From Hormiphora californensis (taxonomy: Eukaryota > Animalia > Ctenophora), in NCBI GenBank assembly GCA_020137815.1, contig CM035352.1, forward strand, positions 2,852,001 to 2,916,000: a DNA stretch of 64,000 bases, in the 5' to 3' direction. Under the pieces are notes generated by a model, which searched no databases, had not been told where the DNA came from, and was given only the letters and a program-made list of their open reading frames with translations. Shown piece after piece: positions 40,701 to 54,200 of the stretch. How positions within the stretch are numbered: the stretch's first letter is position 1; the number at the start of each line of letters is the position of its first letter. The translations under genes were made by a program, and so were the position numbers.

Positions 40701-43480
40701 ATAAGTGACCAAATATGGCTTGTTTTCGTTATCAGTGTTTGTTTTCGCAGTGATCAATATAGGACAAAAAACATCCTCGGTTGAATACTGAATTCTATGC
40801 TTGCTACATGTTTACAGGGGTTTATTATAGTGCATTGCTTGTGGTGCAACTGCCCTACACTGCTGCAGGGAGCTGGAGCATTGTAGCAAATTAGAATACC
40901 TCTAGCTCTCGTTAATTAAGGTAGTACAGCTGTAGCACTAAAAATAGTGCTGCAGCTGAGCCTATATAACAACATGTACTTTACTGCACTACCAATTAAA
41001 TTCTGGTGAATACTGTAAAATCTCGTTATGACGCCGAAAACCAAGTGTATGATGTGCTGTGAACCTAAAAAGTTAAGGAACCTCATTTTTCTGTCAAGAC
41101 TTGCGTATAAAATTGTTATAAAATAATCTCACCTTTTTTGAGGCATCTACCAAGCGGTGGTTGAAGGGTTCCATCTCCCTGACATTGGACAGTAGTATTC
41201 CAGTGACTATAAATAAACCCATCATCACACGACACCTCGAACATCTCTCCTTCAACTAACTGGGGTATTATACCGGAGCCATGGACAAGGGATGAGCTGT
41301 TACAAAATGCCAGAGTTCTTGTTGTCGTAGCAACCGGTGGAGCTGCTGTGGTGGTATTAGCAGGTTTTGTAGTGGCTTCTGTCGTTATGATAACCCTCGA
41401 TGAGTTAGTTGTTGGCTTGTCTGTTTCTAGGAATGATGCATCTGTTGTTACCCCAGTTGACTCTGTAGTTTCCTCAGTGAACGAGTTAATTTGGTCCGGG
41501 GAAGTGCCCTCTGTCTCGTCAGGAATGACATCAATTCCATCTTCCCCCGTTTTATTTTCCTCCTCTCCTTCCTCTCTTACATCTTCAACCTCATTAGTGG
41601 ACTCGGTCGTGATGAACTTGGTCATGAACCCCAATGTCACTATACTGTTCTCAAATTCTGCCTCCGCCGTCCTCATTTTGGCATCTGTTAAATCTGTCAA
41701 AGCTTTAGTTACCTCCCCGATTGTGATGACCGTGTTGTCAATTGTATCTGCATTGGTTGCCATGGCATCACAAGTCCCTACCTCCCCGATATACCGGGTC
41801 CCATCCTCACTGCATGTCACATAGAGTGTGGTTTCGGAGTATGTGAACCCTGGACCACATACAATAAACACCCTCGTCCCGGGCCTGTGTCCAGTTGACG
41901 GGACGACGGTGCCATTAGCAACCGTTAATCCAGGACATGATAATTGGGTGCCTGGTTTACATTGTCCTAAAGGTGCTTCCAACTCTCCTCCTACTCCGCA
42001 AATGTGGATAGGGGAGGTATGGGAGTAAGCGTAACCATGGTTACACTGGATAGTTACAACCGCACCCACTGATAAAGAAGCGTCCAATGGTTGCGGGGTA
42101 ACAGAACCGTTGTCTACCTCTGGTACATGGCATTTGATAGGTTCACAGCTACCGAACTGCCCTGAATAGGTTCCATCCGGGAGACACAGGTTAAAGTTTG
42201 TGTCCTGTGAGTATTTGTACCCACTCTCACACTGAACACTGACAATCCCCCCGGACGAAACGGCGTCCTCTTTCCATGGGATGGAGTTGGGAACTTCAGG
42301 AATCGGACAGCTGATCCGCTTCTCACATTTTCCAAGTGGTGGTGAGTATTCCAATGTTTTGAGACAAAGATGGACGGGGTTGGAGAGTGAGTATGATAGA
42401 CCTGCTTCACATTGCATCTTGATTCGCTTGAAGACAGGGACCGCAGGGAGTGGGAGGGAGTTAGGTACGAGGGATGATGGGGGAGGACACGCAGGAACAC
42501 ACCGACCCATGGTAGGGACTATCTCACCACCACTACCACACCGGTGAAAGGGCCGGGGAGAGGTGTAGAGGTGGAACTTGTTGCACCGGATCCGGATCAC
42601 GGTACCAATTGGTAACCATGCCCTGTCCTGTCAGTCTCCCCGTTTCCGTAGCTCGGGAACTTGAACATCCTGCTTGGCAAGTTCCCTAGTGCTGGTTCAA
42701 ACCTTACCACCAGGTCTACAGAGGTGATCAGGTGAGGGGATCGAGTATATGTAACCATGGCTACAACTTAACAACCACTCTTCCTGTTTCCCCGGAAATA
42801 ACTCCGTTTTCAAGTTTCACCCCAGCACATCTGACATCCTGGACACATCCTCCCAATGGCTGCACCGAACTTACCAGTAGGCATACACAAAAGATACGGA
42901 GTGGCCTCCGAATAACTGTACCCTGGATTGCACTTTACCTCAGCCCACGAGTTGGGCTTGAACCATGCCCACAGGATGCATCCTACCAAAAGCAACTACC
43001 ATATCCGGACAGGGCTTCTCGTCTAGTTGACAGTGCTCAAGGGGCCTATCGAGCATTAGGGTATCAGGCCGGCAATAATGCTGGGAGGGTCCGGTGTACT
43101 TGTACCCGTGCTCACACAGTACACTAATCCAACCCCCTGCTGGGACGGTTTCCATGACAACATCGGGTCTACTGTTAGCTATGTGGGGTATCACACAATG
43201 GTTTATGTCACATATTCCCGGATCGGGATCATATCTTCCCTCCTTACCGCACATCAAATATGCGGTGTTTCCCGTGTACTTGTAACCATGGTCACATGTT
43301 ACCATGGCATAGGACCCCGTTGCTATGGTACCCGAGGGATTCACACCCCCGTGGGGCATAAAGAGGGGCGAGCAGGTGACCTGGCAGGTTCCACAGGAGT
43401 AGGGGCACCTGTCACGTACATATTGGGTCACGCAGCCCCGTGATGTCCACTGGGGGCAGTCCGAGTAGTGGTCACGACAA
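25574..43480 (-). CDS. Giant extracellular protein: ShKT + ~30-40 Sushi/CCP repeats with an internal Thr/Glu-rich segment + VWD + C8; 5' exon(s) unresolved
   Basis: Sh[35 protein letters not shown] at the 43480 acceptor. Tandem CCP modules in ORFs 42940, 41116, 40475, 38939, 36991, 36692, 36350, 33208, 32454, 31020, 30515. [35 protein letters not shown] (~28537-28409) and [15 protein letters not shown] (~26550). C8-like FERCVEEVC...[12 protein letters not shown] (~26010-25871). Last exon ends at TGA 25574-25576. The domain count is an estimate by eye. Confidence 0.85.
29121..29913. mobile_element. ~790-bp foldback MITE with ~290-bp TIRs (TAG termini, tat TSD; Academ-like, tentative)
   Basis: tagtagagtcgataactacatcgacctctccc...gggagaggtcgatgtagttatcgactctacta; arms nearly identical to ~29410/29623. 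An alternative boundary gives a 5-bp atatt TSD. Confidence 0.85.
30364..30473. mobile_element. Micro-MITE, CTGTCTG family (110 bp)
   Basis: ctgtttggcggcgcc...ggcggcgccagacag with perfect TSD agttagaa. Confidence 0.85.
30755..30995. mobile_element. TA-flanked MITE (Tc1/mariner-like)
   Basis: ta|ccttactctcgtt...aacgagagtaagg|ta. Confidence 0.7.
35319..35326 (+). promoter_or_regulatory. Candidate TATA box of the nested lectin-like gene
   Basis: tatataaa ~100 bp upstream of ATG 35425. Confidence 0.45.
35425..36131 (+). CDS. Secreted F5/8-type-C / F-type-lectin-like single-domain protein (~185 aa), nested antisense in an intron of the Sushi-VWD gene
   Basis: Exons 35425-35675 and 35825-36131 (phase 2). 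[19 protein letters not shown]; [17 protein letters not shown]...PEWLKLTL...VEKVVIV...TCGTI...YTILC...MNAAEVMVY fits the galactose-binding jelly-roll pattern. Confidence 0.8.
39870..40113. mobile_element. PIF/Harbinger MITE (second copy) abutting a splice acceptor
   Basis: taa|ggagaaactctaactgaatgg...ccattcagttagagtttcccc|taa; same family as 17175-17464. Confidence 0.85.
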
Positions 43481-44432
43481 TCTGAAACACAGGGGAGGCT
43501 GTTGTTGAGAGAGTTGGGGAGAGGGGCGTACTAATGGTATGCCAAAGGACTATTGATATCGAGTTGATAAAATCAGATGTAGGTAAATAGAGAGCTTCTT
43601 CGTTATTTTAGTTGCCTATATTTTCCTCCTCTCGAGAGTAGGAAAATGAGCAACTAAAATAACAAAAAATTAATTTAAAACCAAAGTGTATTTATACCTG
43701 AAGTGTAAGAGAGGTGTACAAAAGATGTGAAAAAGAGGAAAACAAGGGGCAAAACATACTCCATTAGGGGTGCTAAGGAAAGAGAGAAGAAGGTGGAGAG
43801 ACATGTGTACACGCAAATTCCCCAGCATTACATCCGGGGCACTATCACGCACTGACGAGCAAACAAACACACGCATTGTACGTGAAGCAATGGACAAAGA
43901 GTTGCTAGCAAAAAGGAATTAGTCGTGTTTAATTACTCGGTTACTTTTCCACTCCTTCTCTCTTTCTTTCTCTCTACAGAAACGGATTATACTAATACGT
44001 GCCTTTGATTACTGAGTGTCACTTGCACATGTCGCAGACACAACCTGTTGCACTTAATTTATGGAAAATTAATGGAAGAAAAACGAATAGCCTAGGTGTC
44101 TTTTAGAAAGAAATAGTGAGAGACAGATATATATAGTGAGAGAGATGGATAAAAAGAAATTAATTCGCTACTATTTCTGATCAAATACATTGTGACACCC
44201 AGTAACCCGAAATGCACGTTAATTTCACTCCTGAGTATAGTAAGCGAACTCCGGGAAAAAATTGGTGACATTGACACCTCACACGAGCGAGACCGAGATT
44301 GAGCTCGCACATATCTCCGAAGCAGAGAGCTAGCAATGGTACCAATTGGGACAACCGTGGACACCATGGATGAAGAAAAACAAAGGTGCACAGTTCACTA
44401 ATAACAACTAACCTTGTTCTTATAGGTTCTTC

Positions 44433-44471
44433 CTGTCTGGCACCGCGGACCCCATCTGAGCCACCAGACAG
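44433..44471. mobile_element. Micro-MITE, CTGTCTG family (39 bp)
   Basis: ctgtctgg...ccagacag; TSD ggttcttc / ggttgttc (7/8). Confidence 0.75.
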
Positions 44472-44984
44472 GGTTGTTCCGAGATCCTGGTATAACTGCA
44501 GCTCCTGTACAGCGCTATAACACCGTGTCACCATGTGTGTTGGTTTACCCAGTTAGTCAGCTTCCTCGTCGTCAAAACTTCACTTCTCTCTGCATTTTAT
44601 CGCTGTCCATGCTACAATATGATTGCTTGAGTATATTATCTGGGATTGTGGCATTTATGTGACACATTTTTCAATCATGACATTTCACTATCAGGTCAAA
44701 TACATATCATGTAGCCAATTTGAGATGTGTTTTTTCTCTCTGATCTCTCTCTCTACCTCTGTTTATCTCTCTCTCTCTCTTTCTACTCCTCTCTCTTTCT
44801 CACTTCCCCTCCCTCTGTCATTCTACGACTCATATCTCAGCACCACCCTGGGTCTCAGTGGGGGGTCCACGGGTGGACATTCAGTTGCTACGACAACTAA
44901 ACTGAAACATGTGTGTACTGTCTCTCTCGAGGGAGAGGCGGTAGCTGCATGCTTAGGTATACAACTGTTTGATTGTGTTTGATT

Positions 44985-46121
44985 GTGTAGGGTAGCCACT
45001 GGCTATTTGAAACAGTTTTTCACTTTTTTCCCTTGCCTGCCCACAAATCAAGTCGAACCCAAATTTTTTTGACCTTGTGTTACCGAGACAGTCCCTGGGT
45101 AGTTTTTTGGGTGGTTGGAGATGTCTCATTTTGTCTTCCGGGGCCAGGGTCACGTGATATCTATCCAAATTTGGTGTTTCAGATAGCCCGCCTCGGTCTG
45201 CTAATTTGAAACACCCGTATCTCCCTCAATTTTTCCACGAAACCGAAATTTTTGACATGGAATAGTTAGAAAAGGGTTGTGCAGAGCCATTCCATGTCTG
45301 AAATCTGAATTTGTTTGCATGTGCTTGGTGCAGTGAATGTTTCCAAAAATTGTTTCAAATAGCCAGGAAAACAGTTTTTGCCCCAAATTCGGCCAATTTT
45401 TGGCGGAAATGGCTAAACTCATAATTCATATCCTCCCTATGCTCAAAATGAACATCAAAAATTTCCGACAGCGGATTTGGAGAAAAGTGTTTCAAATAGC
45501 CCTCCGCAGTGTTTCAAGTTACCAGACTCGCCTGCCCTGCAGCTCATAACATAGCGAAAACCACTGGACCCGACTAATTTCGATACGCTGAATCACGTAA
45601 GCAACTTTTCCAATCCGTATGAGGTCGATAAAGTGCCCTAATTGAGTATAATTGCTCAATTAAGGCATTTTCCCGACCTCTGAGGGATTGGAAAGGTTGC
45701 TTACGTGATTCAGCGTATCAAAATTAGTCGGAAAAGTGCCCTCACATAAGTATAAATCATTTCCAGGTGAAAAGTTGTAAATGGGGTAAATAAGACCCAA
45801 TTATGCTTAATTAGAACACTTTTCCGATCTGAGACGGAGCCCAGAGGTTTAAAAAAGCTATTTATAATTATATTTAAGTTTCTCAATTTTCATTTTTTGA
45901 AATAAAGAGGAAATCTTTGAATTTTTTGTTTAAACACAAGGATTGTTTCTATTTCAGAATTTAAAACAACGGCATGAGTACCTACTGTTTGCTATGCATC
46001 TCCCAAGACAAGCTACTACATACGCGGCACTACGTTTCAAATAGCCAGACCATGCGTTTCAAATAGTCAGACACTGTTTCACATTGGCAGGCGTTTCAAA
46101 TAGCCAGTGGCTACCCTACAC
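44985..46121. mobile_element. ~1.1-kb non-autonomous DNA element with 29-bp TIR, subterminal repeats and a nested inverted repeat (~45570-45731)
   Basis: gtgtagggtagccactggctatttgaaac / gtttcaaatagccagtggctaccctacac; repeated gtttcaaatagcc; no clear TSD. Confidence 0.75.
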
Positions 46122-47168
46122 TTAACATTATTGAAGTTGTATATTTTATAGTAAACTAAAGTCAACTGCAACTGCAGTACATTCAATTTAATGTCGCGAC
46201 ACAAAGTGAATACCAATTCAGTCTAACTACTGTCTAGTGTTAAAATATAGATTTGAAACTATTTCTTTCGTTCATTCTATTTCTTTGTCTTAGCGACCAT
46301 CCCAAAAGGGGGGACTGTCGTCTTTTTGTGCGTACTGACCTGCAGAGTGCAGTCTCATCTATCATAGTGTCATCTGTCTATAATAGTCGATATATCTGTC
46401 TACATGTAGCAACCATGCTCAATTTGGATAGTTGAGGGAGTGGTGATGGATCAAGGAGTGGTGATCAGGGAGTGCCTTGGCTGCACAGGAAGCCGTGACG
46501 GCGTTAAATGCCACCGTCATGCCTGTGCCGTGACGTGTGGTATTGCCAGTTGGGATTTAAAAGAACAGAGAGAGATAATGAGTGGGTGGTCTTTATAATT
46601 AGCTGAGCTGGGGTATATAAGAACACCTGCTAAACTCGGGTAGCAGGTGCTCTTATCGCACCTTCCTGAAACAGCCCTGCCTCCTTGGAATAAATTCTGT
46701 AATATTATTTCTCCCTCAGCTCCTTTCTATTTCTCTTGTTGTTGCGAAAACCCGCCTGTGCATATATTATCAGGCGTACGGAAAGTGTACTCATATTTCA
46801 TTTTGATTGTCTTTCCTAGCTCAGGAACATTGATACCGGGCAGCAGCAGCAGGTATGGTTTGTGTGTTGTTGCTATGGTTACCGACAGCTGTGTCGATGC
46901 TATGACAACGATCAGCTCGTTTATTGTGAGCGGGTGTATAATAATTACCAACCATTCATCTCCATGTTTAGGGTCTCAATCGTTTAGGGTCTCAATCGTT
47001 TAGGGTCTCAATGTTTATAACAGTCCTAATTGTTTAGGGTCTTGATTGCTATAGTTTATCCCGGAGAAAGGAAACATCTGTCTTGTTTCCAACCACCCGG
47101 ACATGATTGTCATTTTGATAATGATCAGTAGCTGAGAAAATTCCTGGGATAGATTCACAAAGAAATGC

Positions 47169-47234
<66 letters not shown>

Positions 47235-49390
47235 TAGAGAGAGAGAGGTAGAGACAGAGAATGATAAAGGGGCAATCGGTTCTCACCGAACCCATCAAAT
47301 CTAAAGACTCCCTAGTCAGCTTCTGTAACAAATTTCCCACGGAACCGGTAGAGAGTAATTTTAACGATAGAGAGAGCAAGAGAGGGAGAGAGATAGAAAG
47401 AAAGAGATCAGAGATAGAAAGAAGGAGAGGGGGTCACGGGAACAGATAGTCTGTCTGAGAATTGGGTCAAGATTGCATCTGTTCATTTTAAGTTGTTTAA
47501 GCTCTTCATTTGATAGTACAAATACAACAGTTGCTCTGCGATTGGCCCTTGCTTGGTAACGAGGTTTCATACATAACAATTTCATAGAAAACAATTTATG
47601 CAGTGCGGCAGCACTGCTGCGGTAGCCCGTCCTAATTTAAGTAGATCCGATAAAATTAGTAAAACCTCACTCTGTTTAGATTATGTCTTGTTGAGTAATC
47701 CCATACTCAACAAGTTATGTCATGGTTCAGTGTCTCACAGCTCCCTTACCGGCCTCTGCCCGCCGTGACCTCCACGTCTCACCATACTGTAAGTCCTACA
47801 TGTTTGTGAGATTTTGCAAATCCTAATAGGATTTAATCCTATGATAATTAATGTGGATGTAAACATTTGGGTGTTAGGTTGAGTTGTTCTTGTTTAAGGT
47901 TCAATGTCGTAGCAGAAGTGAAGTCCCCGTACCTAGTCGCTTTTACTGTTTGTCAGGGAGGATTTAGAGATCTACAAATTATGTATACATGTTAGCGATA
48001 GAACTATAGAATATCATGGCCTAATAAATATTATGCATCACACGGGAATTAGGCGTTACCATAACTCCCTCAAATTCACTTTTTTGTACCTTTGGGTCGC
48101 TCTTAAATCTTCTTCCGTGCTCTAAAATGGTATTATGCAATGTATCAATGCTAAAAGTTATCACTTGATACGAGATCTGCCAAATCTGCATTCTGACAGC
48201 CCCTTTCTCTTATGTGTCTGATCCCAGTATTAGTTACACCCATATTTGGTGTACATCGCAGTTTTCCGCTTGACAACTTAATTGAGAGACAGGGCAACGT
48301 GTTCAGCCATCATGAGAGGCACGTGTCTCCCCCTTTAAATTCTTTCTCAATCTTGCAAATTGCAAATCTTCGTTAAAGCTCTGGTTGAGCCATCAAAATT
48401 CAAAGCAAATTTAAAAAAACTAAAAGAAGTTATAGGCACTGTATGGAAGTGTTGGGAAGCTCAGAATCACACGATCATGTTTTGTTGCAATATTACAAAC
48501 AAACAAACCTTCTTCCAACGTACCATATCCGGCCTCCAGCGAAACAGTTCATAGGTTCGTATGTATGCAGCATGGTTCATAGTCTTGAATTAAGTTGTTG
48601 TGAGAACTATGGAAAAACCAAAAAAAAATCGCTACTGAACACTGAACAGTGATTAGTGAACACTCACAGAGCTACACAATTATTGTAACCTTGGTAACCT
48701 TGGTAACCCTGGTAACCCTCGAATTCGTTTCAGGTGCTCTCCCGAAGTTGTACAATAGACCCTCACGAGTCGCCTACTACAAAGTCTCGTCATGGCCAGT
48801 GGTAACTCAGGTACGTTTATAATTTGCACCATACCACTTTTTACTTGAACGACTTTGACTGGACATTGACAATAAAAACCGTTATCATGGGCCTCAAGAT
48901 TACATCTGAAACAAGAATACATAGCTAGGTACTTATGAGCTATGAGAGCTTATGCAATATAGTACTTGCGCAACTCTAAAATAGACACATGTCAAGAAGC
49001 GCTTATGGTTGCATCATCACTATCTTTATTGAAGTTCTTATGATGAGAGGATATATATAATCACAGTGGTACAGTACTAGTACAGAAGTAGTACAGAAGT
49101 AGTAGTACAGTGACCATGGAGAGCAGGAGTGACCATGTATTGGGCTGTTTTCTCGTGGCTGCAGTCAACTCTTGCCTTGTTCGACTCTCCATCCCCGCAC
49201 AAAAAGTCAACTCCACCTTCTCTAAGGTACTGGGGTAAAAGTTGTTGAGTAAAGGTACAAGAGCTCATTATCATTCGGTCTCCTTTGCTGCGTCTAATCT
49301 TAAAAACCGTTCTCTACTTTACGACTCTGACTTCTTTTTCTCTCATACATCCCCCCTCTCTCTCTTTCTCTCTCTTTCTCTCTCTTTCTC

Positions 49391-49448
<58 letters not shown>

Positions 49449-49891
49449 CCTCCCCCCTCTCTCTCTCCCTCTCTCGCTGTATCACGTGGTCTTATGCTTG
49501 TGATCCAGCTAAGATTCTGCACCTTGTTACATGTCTGTGCGAGTGTGTAAGCGCTTGTTCAGTATCTTAACGCTCTGTTTGATATATCCATGATCATGTC
49601 ACTAAGATAGAATAATTCTTGATCCCGTTCTGTTGCCGTTTTATAGTGTATCAAAGAGGGTTGTAATTGCTCGTGTATGGATTTCTCTGCTAAACTTCAA
49701 AGATTTTGTTGATATTACTCTGCTTGTTACCATGGTTTGATCGTTGCGTGCATGCAGAAATAAAGTAAACGCTCAATTTGAACGTCATTTTCTCCATCCT
49801 CTCCGAGATTCGAGTCATTTTTGAAATTGCTAATCTTACTGTGAAACCACACTGATAATTTAGTGTAGCAAGTGTAGTTGTAGCGTTCACG

Positions 49892-51160
49892 ATGACGGAG
49901 CCAAGTATTTACGGGTACGAGCCCCCCGTTTACCGGTCCATCCCAGATCTCCTTAATACACCCAGGGAGGAGCTGAGTTACCGGGAACTACATCGCCTCA
50001 AGTATGAACCATGGAACACTGGGCTGGCGAAATACCAACCGCCCAATCTAACTATCACTGCGCTGGCAAGCGCAAAGGTGACCATCCCCTCCCCCCCCCA
50101 GCCGCGCGTGCCAGAGTGCAGTAATAACTTTTTTCAGTTTTTAGCCAAAAATGGCATTTTGCGACGCCCATAGCGAGGCCCCCACTGCACAGATCGGTCT
50201 GAAATTTGGTATACAGTGTCACATAGTCTAGATCTACTGTAGTTTAAAAGGGCAAGTCTCTATCTCTTTTAGTTTTAGAGATATGGCATCGTGAAAAAAG
50301 TAATAAATGTCCCGGGTCTATCTATCTATCTATGTATCTATCTATCTACATGTATGGATAGACGCTGTTTTTACCAAATTTATAATCATTTTTGAGAGAA
50401 AACGACATAAGATAGACACTTCTCGTTTGTTGCATTCGAAAGATGATCGTTCAAATTGTGTAGACGAATAGTCTTCATGTTCTAGGTCCAACCAGAACGT
50501 CTTAACAAACTGTCATAAAGATACGAGTTTTTTCAAATCAACCAAATTTCTTTGAGCTCAATTTACACCCTGAAGACGGCTTCTGATTGAAAAACGGAGA
50601 TCGCACTTACGAAAGATAATCGTCTATACTTTCAGAAACTATATCGCGAATTTGTGAAACTCTATTTCTAAGGGTCTTAAATCGCGTCTGAAGTGTTAAG
50701 ACTGTATGAAAATAGATATGACGATAGTACGTTTTTCGCCATAAAAACCTCAAATCTTATCCAATCGATCTCAAACTTGGTCAGCATCTTTATCTAGATG
50801 AGTCTGATAATAATACATCCTTATCATGACGCTATAACGTCGTGACGTCACGCTATGACGTCATAATGACGTCAAAATTGAAATTTTCGTATTTTAGCGA
50901 TTCCTGACGGTCTTTACACGTCGAGACATGTCTTATATCGTATTTCACATCAGAAAATACCAAAAATATACCCCAATTATGCCAAAAACTAACAGAAATT
51001 AGTCGGCTGGAAAGGTGACCATTTTGTTGTCAAACTGACACCTTTGCCCGGCCCGGGTTACGGATATCATCGATGGGGTAAATCAGGGGGAAAATCAGGG
51101 AGTTTGAGAAGAGGGAAAGAGAGATAGGGAGAAAGAGAGATAGGGAGAAAGAGAGATAGG

Positions 51161-51252
<92 letters not shown>

Positions 51253-54200
51253 CATAGAGAGACATAGAGAGAGAGAAAGAGAGACATAGAGAGAGATAGA
51301 AATCAAAGAGGGAAAGATAATGATGAAACCCGGATAGGGCAAAGGTGTCAGTTTGACAACAAAATGGTCACCTTTCCAGCCAACTAATTTCTGTCAGTTT
51401 TTGGCATAATAGAATTATAGAAAGCATAATACTCCTTCCTCATCCTTGATCCTTGTTATAGTTCTTATTAGTTATTTTCTCTTTTCGTTAGAATCTTCGA
51501 CGAGTTTGAGCCCATCACGGAAGCAGATTTGAATCCCCTGGAGGCACTATCGTTTATGGACAGGGGTGTTCAAACCACCCCCTTGCCGGAGATACCACAA
51601 GCTAGAAAGGAGGAGCCTGAAAAGACGGAACCGGAGCGGGAATTGACGTGGTCGTGGCCGCGAGTCAGGCCCAATGATACCTACAGGGTCATAAAGAGGG
51701 TTAGGGATGCTCAGGCGGAGAATACTTACGGTTTCGCGTACTACAATGAGCTGGCCAATGACGAATTAGTAAGTCGTTAAGACGCCACAAGGGTGAATCG
51801 AGTAAATCCTAGACGGATTACAGGTGCATTCGCATTTCAAATTCGATAAATATATTGAATTTCTTCAGTGGCACTGGCACTTCCAAATCAGACACATAAT
51901 CACTTAACTGAAACATTTTATGAGACCCGATTTACAACTTTTAAACTTTAAACTCGACAGTTTAAACTCGACAGTTACCTTGTCAGAGCCGCTGAGACTC
52001 ACACCTCTCTAACGCCCCTAACTACTCCCTTTTACAGACGAGAACCGTATCGATGGTCAAGCCGAAAAAATCGAGGAAGCCACCTGCAACAGCTCGGCTT
52101 GTACCCCGTAAGTTTTTTAGCACACACGTGAACTGTCTTTGTTGTAATATTACAATAGTGAACTAATGTGTACCATCCAGTGAAGCATATCCCCAGAATT
52201 CCCACTGAATTTATAACTTTCCGTGTGGCTGGTGGTGCTGGTGGGACAGCCAGGCCTGATTTATATCGACCTCTGCCTCGTGACCAATTCTATTCAGTGG
52301 AAAAGGGTAGTTGTGGCGTTGCTATGGAGGTTGCCAAGGCGAACAGCAAGACAAACTGGGAGGAATTAATGGGCAAAATCAATGAGTCAATCAGGTAAAA
52401 CATTGCCTCGGTAATTTATGAATGGTGGATATGCGTGAGCTAGAATTGGGATGCTGACGAATTGTTTTCAGGGACACCCAGCAACAAAGAATGTTAGGAC
52501 AGTACATGATTCAGAAATTGAAAAAGGAGCAACAGCTGACTGATCTGTCTCCCGAGCAGCAAATAATCAATCGGGTAGGTTTTAAAATGTAAAATAGGAC
52601 AGTAATTGTTGGCAAGTTGATTATTATGACTCCATTTCATGGTACAAATTCCACTCCTTGATAAACACTTATTATTCCACATGTCTAGAGGTGTCTCCAA
52701 AACCTAATTGAGCGATACGGAACAGGAATGGAATCCGTCATTTCCAAAGAAAAGGAGTTTGAACGAATGATTGACGCATATCAAGTGTTTATGAGGGCCG
52801 AGAAGGGAGGTGCCCGAGTCCAGAGAAGTAAGGTAAAAGGAGAGAGAAGGGCAAGACTGGATGAGCCTCTCCCTGCAATCGGCGACCAAAAAGCAGGGAG
52901 AAGTCAAGTGGGGTGCAAGATCAGGCATGAACTACGGAGGGAGTACGGGGAGAAAATCCGTCTGGAAACAAAGAGTGGAGGAGCGCCAGCCCTGCGATCT
53001 CGGTCACTTGTCTCACACCCAGGTAAATCTATAATTGATGAAGACGAAAAACTAAAGACCATTTTTTCGTCTTTTTTCCTGTTTTCTTCGGGTCGGAGGT
53101 GACTGCCGGCACATTATATATGCCCTATGGGACCCAGTATGGGACTAAATTGTTGACTATAATAATAACACACCCCTTCTTTCAGACCTTGCACTTTCCA
53201 CAGGTCAGGCGGCCCGACCGATCCAGGTGCGTGTCCGGAAGACAGTATCAGCGGGACAGAGAGAGGATAAAGCGTCTGATGAGGTCGATCTCCCTCCCAC
53301 TCCTGTCACTCCTCGATCCCAACACGTACGTGAAATTCTCCATTCATCTTATAAGAAATCGCAATAACCCCGTGGCTCTGGCTTCGTCTTATCGTATTAT
53401 TAACCTTTATTGCGAGCAAGGTCTTTATTCGAGTATTCCTGGCCACTTGACAGCTTGTCCGATCATTTCTCTGATAAATGATTCCAGTGTAGGGACAATT
53501 CATTCTTTCCCTACATACGTTTGATGCTTTTTACTTTTATACCTAACTCTATAATTAATTTGTATCGACTGTAGGGTCTCGAGGAAACCGAATCCCAGCT
53601 ATCAATGACCTATGTGCCCAGTGAAAATCAGTCTCTTGCCCAACTTATCCCGGATGGCGAGGGAATCATCGTGGACATCCGGACAGAGGTATATTTAGCT
53701 ACCACGTGCCATGTGATGTAGCACGTGCCGCTTGACATAATATCTTGACGTGTCTTATTCTTAATTTATGTAGGGATAAAGCATTAACCATCAATTTACC
53801 TCGCTTGGGGCCTGGTAAATTGTTTAGCGATGCTCATTTATAATACGCTGAGAGATCATAACTGCTTTCAATGGTTAAATGGTATCATCACACTGAATTA
53901 TTTTCTCCAGGAGAAGCTTGAAGAAGAAGAAGAAGAAGGAGCTGCAACCATGATTGAGCAACAAGAGATAAATACTGAAGCAGGTGGCGAGAAAGAAGAA
54001 GTTAAAACGGAAGGAGACGAGACACTTGCAGCAGTGGAATCTGAGGAGTGTCTGGTTCTAGGGGGTGACTCTGACCCCAATGTTTTGGTGGTTAACTCTG
54101 AAACGGAGGTGGTCCCATCACATCCTGCTCAGTCTCCTAAATTCGAGATCATTACCGAGGATACCAAGCCAGAGGAGCCAGAGGAATCAGTGATTGTTGC

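Noticed and set aside
43670-44982. First (signal peptide) exon of the Sushi-VWD gene
   Set aside because: Candidates such as MLGNLRVHMSLHLLLSFL do not give a convincing phase-1 junction to the 43480 acceptor, so the 5' end is left unresolved.
44985-46121. Autonomous transposon
   Set aside because: No transposase-like ORF is present here or anywhere else in the window.
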